Below, piece after piece: positions 58,908 through 64,000 of a stretch of 64,000 nt of DNA. The first letter of the stretch is position 1; every line of letters starts with the position of its first letter. The notes beneath the pieces were generated by a model, which saw nothing but the letters and a program-made list of their open reading frames with translations, was not told the origin of the DNA and ran no database searches. Position numbers and translations under genes: made by a program. Origin of the DNA: Elsinoe ampelina. Lineage: Eukaryota. The DNA is taken from the NCBI GenBank assembly GCA_010093995.1, contig ML992504.1, positions 930,001 to 994,000 of the forward strand, read 5' to 3'.

Positions 58908-61900
58908 CTAAATTAGATCCTCGTTCGATCGCGAATATCGTCCTCCGTATGGATCTGCGGTCATGCCATTGTCGAGACTAAAGTCTTCCATCTGCCCAAT
59001 CATTCCGTCGAAGGCCCGATCTTCAGCTTCGTAAGACCTGGGTACCTTGCTCTGCTGAACCGTCACTTTATCAACAGGGCTCAAAGACTCGCCGAAGCAC
59101 CAGGGTTCTTTTACTTGTACTCCAAGCGCATGTTGCACCTTTGCGGAACTTCGCTCTTTGTAAGTGAACAAGCCGACTTGCTTCAGGCGATGAAGCGGCA
59201 GATACTGAGGACAAGTCTCCTTGTCTTGTTGGATATTGCCGGCAGTCCGTGCAGCACGTACAGGAGGACTTGGCGAGGCGTTGTCTCGATTTAGAGTCCA
59301 GAACCCGTGGGCGCCCAACTTTGCACACGAATTGTGCGGACCATCGGGGTTGAGCAGTCCGAGCACTGCAGGGGGCAATCGAGTTGCGGAAATGCCTGGC
59401 AGACTTTGGACAGGTCCAGCTTTCCTAGAAGCGTCCAAGACCACGATAGTTCGCTTTCCCTGCACATGATAATTACTCTTGACGGCGTATGTACAAAGTG
59501 TGCCGTCAGCCACTGTTGACACCAGTCCTTCGTCCTTGCCAGAAAGCCAGCGGAAACAGCCAGGCTTCACAGAGTGGTGAACAGACTTGAGGCGAATCTT
59601 GTTGTCTTGACTGTGTCGTAACGAGTAAGCACCTTCCAATGCTGAATTGTAGCCGTTTCGTACGGCTCTGCCAGAAGCATATCGTGCTGCGACAGAAGCT
59701 TGATTCAGACTCTGCCTAGTTGAAGTGACGATGCCACCACCAGACTCTGAAGCAGATCGGATAGCCCCAAGACGACCTGATACATTCTGCCAGCCTGACC
59801 GCACATTGCTGATCCATCCAGTTGGAAGCTCTTGTGGCGATGTCGAAGGAGACGGCAGGTCAGATCGAGGAATGCTTGCTGGAGAGGCCGGCGATCGAAC
59901 CGCGACTGACAAAGAATCATGTCGTGGCAACTCGTGCAAGTGAAGAGTGCCCTTTGACGTGAGAATTCCCACTCGATTAGATGTGCTGGTCCAGCGCACA
60001 TCGACCACATCAGATGGCGAGAGGCGGGAAAAGGTAGCTACAAGTCTGACTATACCAGAAGCATGCGCAATCTGTGAGTGCTGAGCAGTAATACTTAATG
60101 CCGCGCGAGCATCTGTGACCCGCATCAAGTCCCAGACAGTTGATGCGTCGCCCACTTGGTTGGTTGTTAGAAGAGCAAGTCCACTCGGTGAGAATGAGAT
60201 GAAGCTACATCCCTCATTCAGTGTGAACGTAGCCAAGGGTGCCAGCGGGCTTTTGGCCAGACCGTCATCAAGGCTGCTGAGCTTGTTCAGGTCAATGATG
60301 GAAACGAGGGACGGCTCGATTTTGGCGATTGGTTGTTCCCTGCCCTGACCGTGGGTCGGTGGAAAGCCCGGACTTAGATCCTCTACTGGGGACTTCCGTG
60401 TAGAAGGGGCTGGGGCCTGAACATTTCCAACGGAAGGACTCCGGTTCCAACAGCCTTTGATGACGCTCATGCCTTGTTCCCCAACCCACTGCGCACCCTT
60501 GCGTATTTCATTGGTAGCTTGTTTCGTGACTCTGCCAAGCAGGGAGGGACCTGACGGTGCATCGACCTCACAATCCACGATCGGCGGTGGTGGCGAAACG
60601 TATGCGGCGACACCGGGTGGAGCTGGTCGATCCTGCCAGACCAAGGGATCCCCATCAATCGATTTCTGCGACGAAGATAGCGATGGCGGCGAAATTGCCA
60701 GCCACCTCTTGCTAAGTGAGAAGATGGGCATCGAGCGCATCTGCTCATCGGGGGCCTTTTGATCTGGAGCTGATGTTTCGGTCGATTGAGGATTCGTAAC
60801 ATGTTCGCGAGTTCGTGTCCAGTATTTGCCAACGCAATTGAAGTCCGATAAGGATGCCCCTGAAGCTTCATTTCCAGGAGCAAAGATAAAGACCTCGCCG
60901 CTCTCGCCTGAAGCAACAACCACGTATTGTCCCTCTGCCGCAATGACGATCGAACCTTCTGGGACAGGCTCAGTGAACAGCGGATGTCCGACGGCATGAG
61001 GAAGATGCTGTGGAGCACTAATGAAAAGAGTGGCGATATGCTTAGATCTTTTGAGGGAAAGGACCTCGACTGTTGTCTGGTATGCCGTGATGGAGCTCCC
61101 TTGGCCACGCTGGAGTGACACTCCACCCTCTGGAGCCGAGTCTTCCAGGACTGGCCCATGGATGACACAAGCTACAAGAGGCCGATAGTGAGCGTATGGA
61201 TCGTCCAGACCGGAGACGGGTAGAATCTTCGCATCAACAACACTCCCACGCAGACCTTCGAGCCGCCCTATCAGCTCACGCCGATTGCGGTTGTATCGAC
61301 AGACGTCCAGTGCACCTTCGCTTCCTACGAGTAGAATGTTGCTAGCGATATCTTGCGGCTCCAGCGAGGCACCGTCTAGACTGTCAAAGCCACAAAAGTA
61401 CTTGTCAGTACCAGGAGGGATCTCACCGCTCCCAGCCACGTTGTGCAGCCCGAAGCTGGTCTCTGGGACTCTGCTAAAGTGACGCTGAGCCAGGTGTGGA
61501 GGAGGAGCGTCCGGCACAGATAACTTCCTTGCAGCCATGGCTGGAAGTGGTGCAGCTAGTCTAGGCGACTGTGGTGGCGATTTGATCCGAGATTCTGGCA
61601 GTCTTGGTGGGCGCGCGATTGTCTGAGGCGACGCCTGCTCGGTGCGCACTTGAGGAATGGACACTTTGCGAGGCGATCGGGGTTCGTGTCGCTCTTGCAC
61701 GTGCTGTTCTATGGGCTGAGTGAACGGCTTGAAAGAGGGTCGGAATTCTGGTTCTGGTAATACTGGAGACTGAGGTGGAGATCTGACCTGAGGTTTCTGT
61801 GACAAGGGCGATGGTGAAGGTGGTGTAAATCTTGTGACGGCTGCTGCGAAGACTCCGCGGGAAGGAGACAGGGTGGGAGCTTCATATCTCTCACGTTGGC

Positions 61901-62544
61901 CATGCTCGTTCTGCGAGAGACTCACGCCATTCTGACCTGGTATTTCAGGAGGAGAAAGGTCGCGGTCTGGTACTTGGTGCGAACGTGCACTTGGTGCAAC
62001 TATGGCCACCCCTGGTGACGCCTTTACCAGCTCCTGTACTTCTGGAAGCTCCTCGTCGAGAGCTGGAACCTTCTCACTGTCGTCATGTATCTCCTGGGCG
62101 AAAATGGGAGGAGTATCTGGATAGGACGGCTCGGGATCTGAGACGGCCGCCTCTGGTGAGGACGAAAGAAGCCGCTCTTCGCGGAAAGGTGGAGGGGCTC
62201 TGCACAGAGTTAGACAAAGACCAGCTGTCATGATACGACCGCGCGGGGCGAGTAGATTCACGCAGAAATTCGAATCTTGTGGGCAGTCTGCCGTGCTCAA
62301 CCACTGATGTACAAGGCGGAATGTCGCAAAGGAGAGAGAATACTGACAGTAGATCGATAGGCGGTGTACCCGATTCGACCTCGCTGGTATTGACTTCGTC
62401 TGTGGGATCACCCAATAGCTTTGCTGCCGCTGCGGCCTTTTTCGCTTTCTTCTTTTGCTTCTTGCTTGTTGGCTGTCTAAGACTATCCTTGCGCTGCAAT
62501 ACCTCCTGCTCTTGACCTGTAGCTTCGTCGGCGGAGGATGGCAT
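58908..62544 (-). CDS. BCAS3-like WD40/beta-propeller protein, 2 exons
   Basis: Long ORF with YFCGFDSL, GRLEGLRGSVVDAKILP, PIFSLSKRWLA, FISFSPSGLALLT..G..VWDL, FSRLSPS..DVRW and TSKGTLHLHEL. Exon 1 (MPSSADE..KKQKKKAKK) joins by a GTCAGT..CTAAC..CAG intron at ~62348-62201. Confidence 0.75.
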
Positions 62545-63363
62545 GAAAAGACTTGGAGCGCTAGAGTGTCTGGCATGTCAGTTCACAGTCGGACTGAAGT
62601 GCAAGAAAGGAAAACATGTCATTTCCTTCACGCTCATGGTGACTACTTACCGTGTGATCGGTGTCTCAGTCAACAGCAGACGTCACAGGTACTGTGACGC
62701 TGTGCGACTTGCCTGACCGTCTCGTAGATTGTGGATAAAGCTATTAAGCAATCTGGTAAGGCTACCAGATTTGTGAGTCAAAAGTATGACCAAATGCTAG
62801 GGATAAATGCGGTGATCGAGATGGGCTGTAGCCGCAAACAGCGCGTCGGACAGGAGACGATAGTCCGACCGTGCTTCCTGACAAAGGAGTGATGAGAGCC
62901 AGTACAAAGATTTGGCCGCTGACGAGAAGCTGTGATTGTAGACGCGATCCTGAGTGACAACAGGTTTGACTGTGGTGGTGTATACCGGGAAAGGGCGTGG
63001 TGTTTGGAGGGGGAGATTGGGGTAGTCACCTGTATGGATCAAGGATGAGCTGCCCGTGATGGATCCTCGATTGCGGGGCACGCGGCCCAGTGCTGCTGGG
63101 AAGCAAGCACCACCTTCGGGGCCTGCCCTGCTTGTCCAGTGTCCAACTGACAGCGGCACGTTTCGGAAAGGTGATCCTACCAGACAAAAGTCATGTATCG
63201 TGAATGGTCCGGAAGAACTGACTCGAGACGCATGCCCTGAGTGGTTGGGAAGCTCAGACCGTGGGTGAAGCTTCGCCGAAATCATCCCCAGAGCCAACAC
63301 TTTTTGACCGCGTGTTCTGGTCGCATTCCACCCTCTCTTCCATTGACGGTGGACATCACAACA

Positions 63364-64000
63364 ATGGCCGGAGTATTACGAAGGACTTCACGGTTGCTAT
63401 ACGCACCAAGCAAACGATCATTCCGGACGTCAGCAGCCTACAATGCCGCTCAAAATTTCACCATGCCGGCCATGTCGCCTACTATGACCGAGGGAAACAT
63501 TGCTTCATGGCAAGTGAAAGAAGGTAATAAACCAGCTCTACCTGACTTGTCCGTATCTGACCGGGTCACAGGCGACTCATTCTCAGCCGGCGATGTCCTT
63601 CTTGAAATCGAGACCGACAAGGCGCAAATGGATGTAGAAGCACAAGAGGATGGTATACTATTCAAGATTACACAGTCGGACGGCTCAAAAGGAGTCAAGG
63701 TCGGAACACGGATAGCAGTATTAGCTGATCCCGGCGATGATCTGTCTTCTCTTTCAGTGCCAGAAGAGAAATCCTCTTCGACAAGTTCAACACCGAAGCC
63801 AGCGACACCTTCACCACAAGAAGAGACCCAGGGTGGTATCGACGCTGCAAAGTCAAGCGAGTCACAGGCTGAAAGCCCTCCGAGCTCCAAGGCTGGCGCT
63901 GCTGCTCCCTCACCCGATTCATCTTCTGCTTCGACACCATCAGGCAAGTCGACAAAACAAAGATACCCGCTTTATCCTTCGGTCATGTTTGCATTGAAAG
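63364..64000 (+). CDS. PDX1: Pyruvate dehydrogenase complex protein X (E3-binding), partial, runs off the window
   Basis: Mitochondrial-type leader; lipoyl domain FTMPAMSPTMTEGNIASWQVKE|GDSFSAGDVLLEIETDKAQMDVEAQEDG (intron ~63523-63571); Ser/Pro linker; then KYPLYPSV. Confidence 0.88.
   Translation, partial: MAGVLRRTSRLLYAPSKRSFRTSAAYNAAQNFTMPAMSPTMTEGNIASWQVKEGNKPALPDLSVSDRVTGDSFSAGDVLLEIETDKAQMDVEAQEDGILFKITQSDGSKGVKVGTRIAVLADPGDDLSSLSVPEEKSSSTSSTPKPATPSPQEETQGGIDAAKSSESQAESPPSSKAGAAAPSPDSSSASTPSGKSTKQRYPLYPSVMFALK

Overview
This is filamentous-ascomycete (probably Dothideomycete-like) genomic DNA with spliceosomal introns, at the border of an AT-rich, RIP-mutated transposon compartment and a GC-balanced gene-rich compartment. 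Bases 1-11.45 kb are a nest of dead Ty3/gypsy chromoviruses. An old element A is interrupted by a 473-bp palindromic hAT-type MITE (8-bp TSD) and by a full-length element B (198-bp LTRs, TSD AAAGT). Between pol and its 3' LTR, element B carries a complete, spliced ANTISENSE gene with its own TATA/CT-box and a de-RIP-able Cys6 (Zn-cluster-like) motif; element A keeps the tail of an antisense ORF too. This is the most unusual signal in the window. Bases 11.5-13.7 kb are an unRIPed island with a fungal protein kinase. Bases 13.76-19.98 kb are a third RIPed chromovirus with a readable -1 frameshift cassette. Bases 20-25.5 kb hold four decaying genes. From 26.5 kb onward are a dispersed 5S rRNA, a flavin monooxygenase, RRM, LisH-WD40 and coiled-coil proteins, 6-phosphogluconolactonase, a small CxxC protein, two SET proteins, an RGS-LOV photoreceptor, cystinosin/ERS1, NTO1, NAT3, a BCAS3-like protein and the start of PDX1. 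Eight ~1-kb C-rich to G-rich strand-skew switches recur in the gene-rich part. All family assignments come from motifs read by eye; no searches were run.
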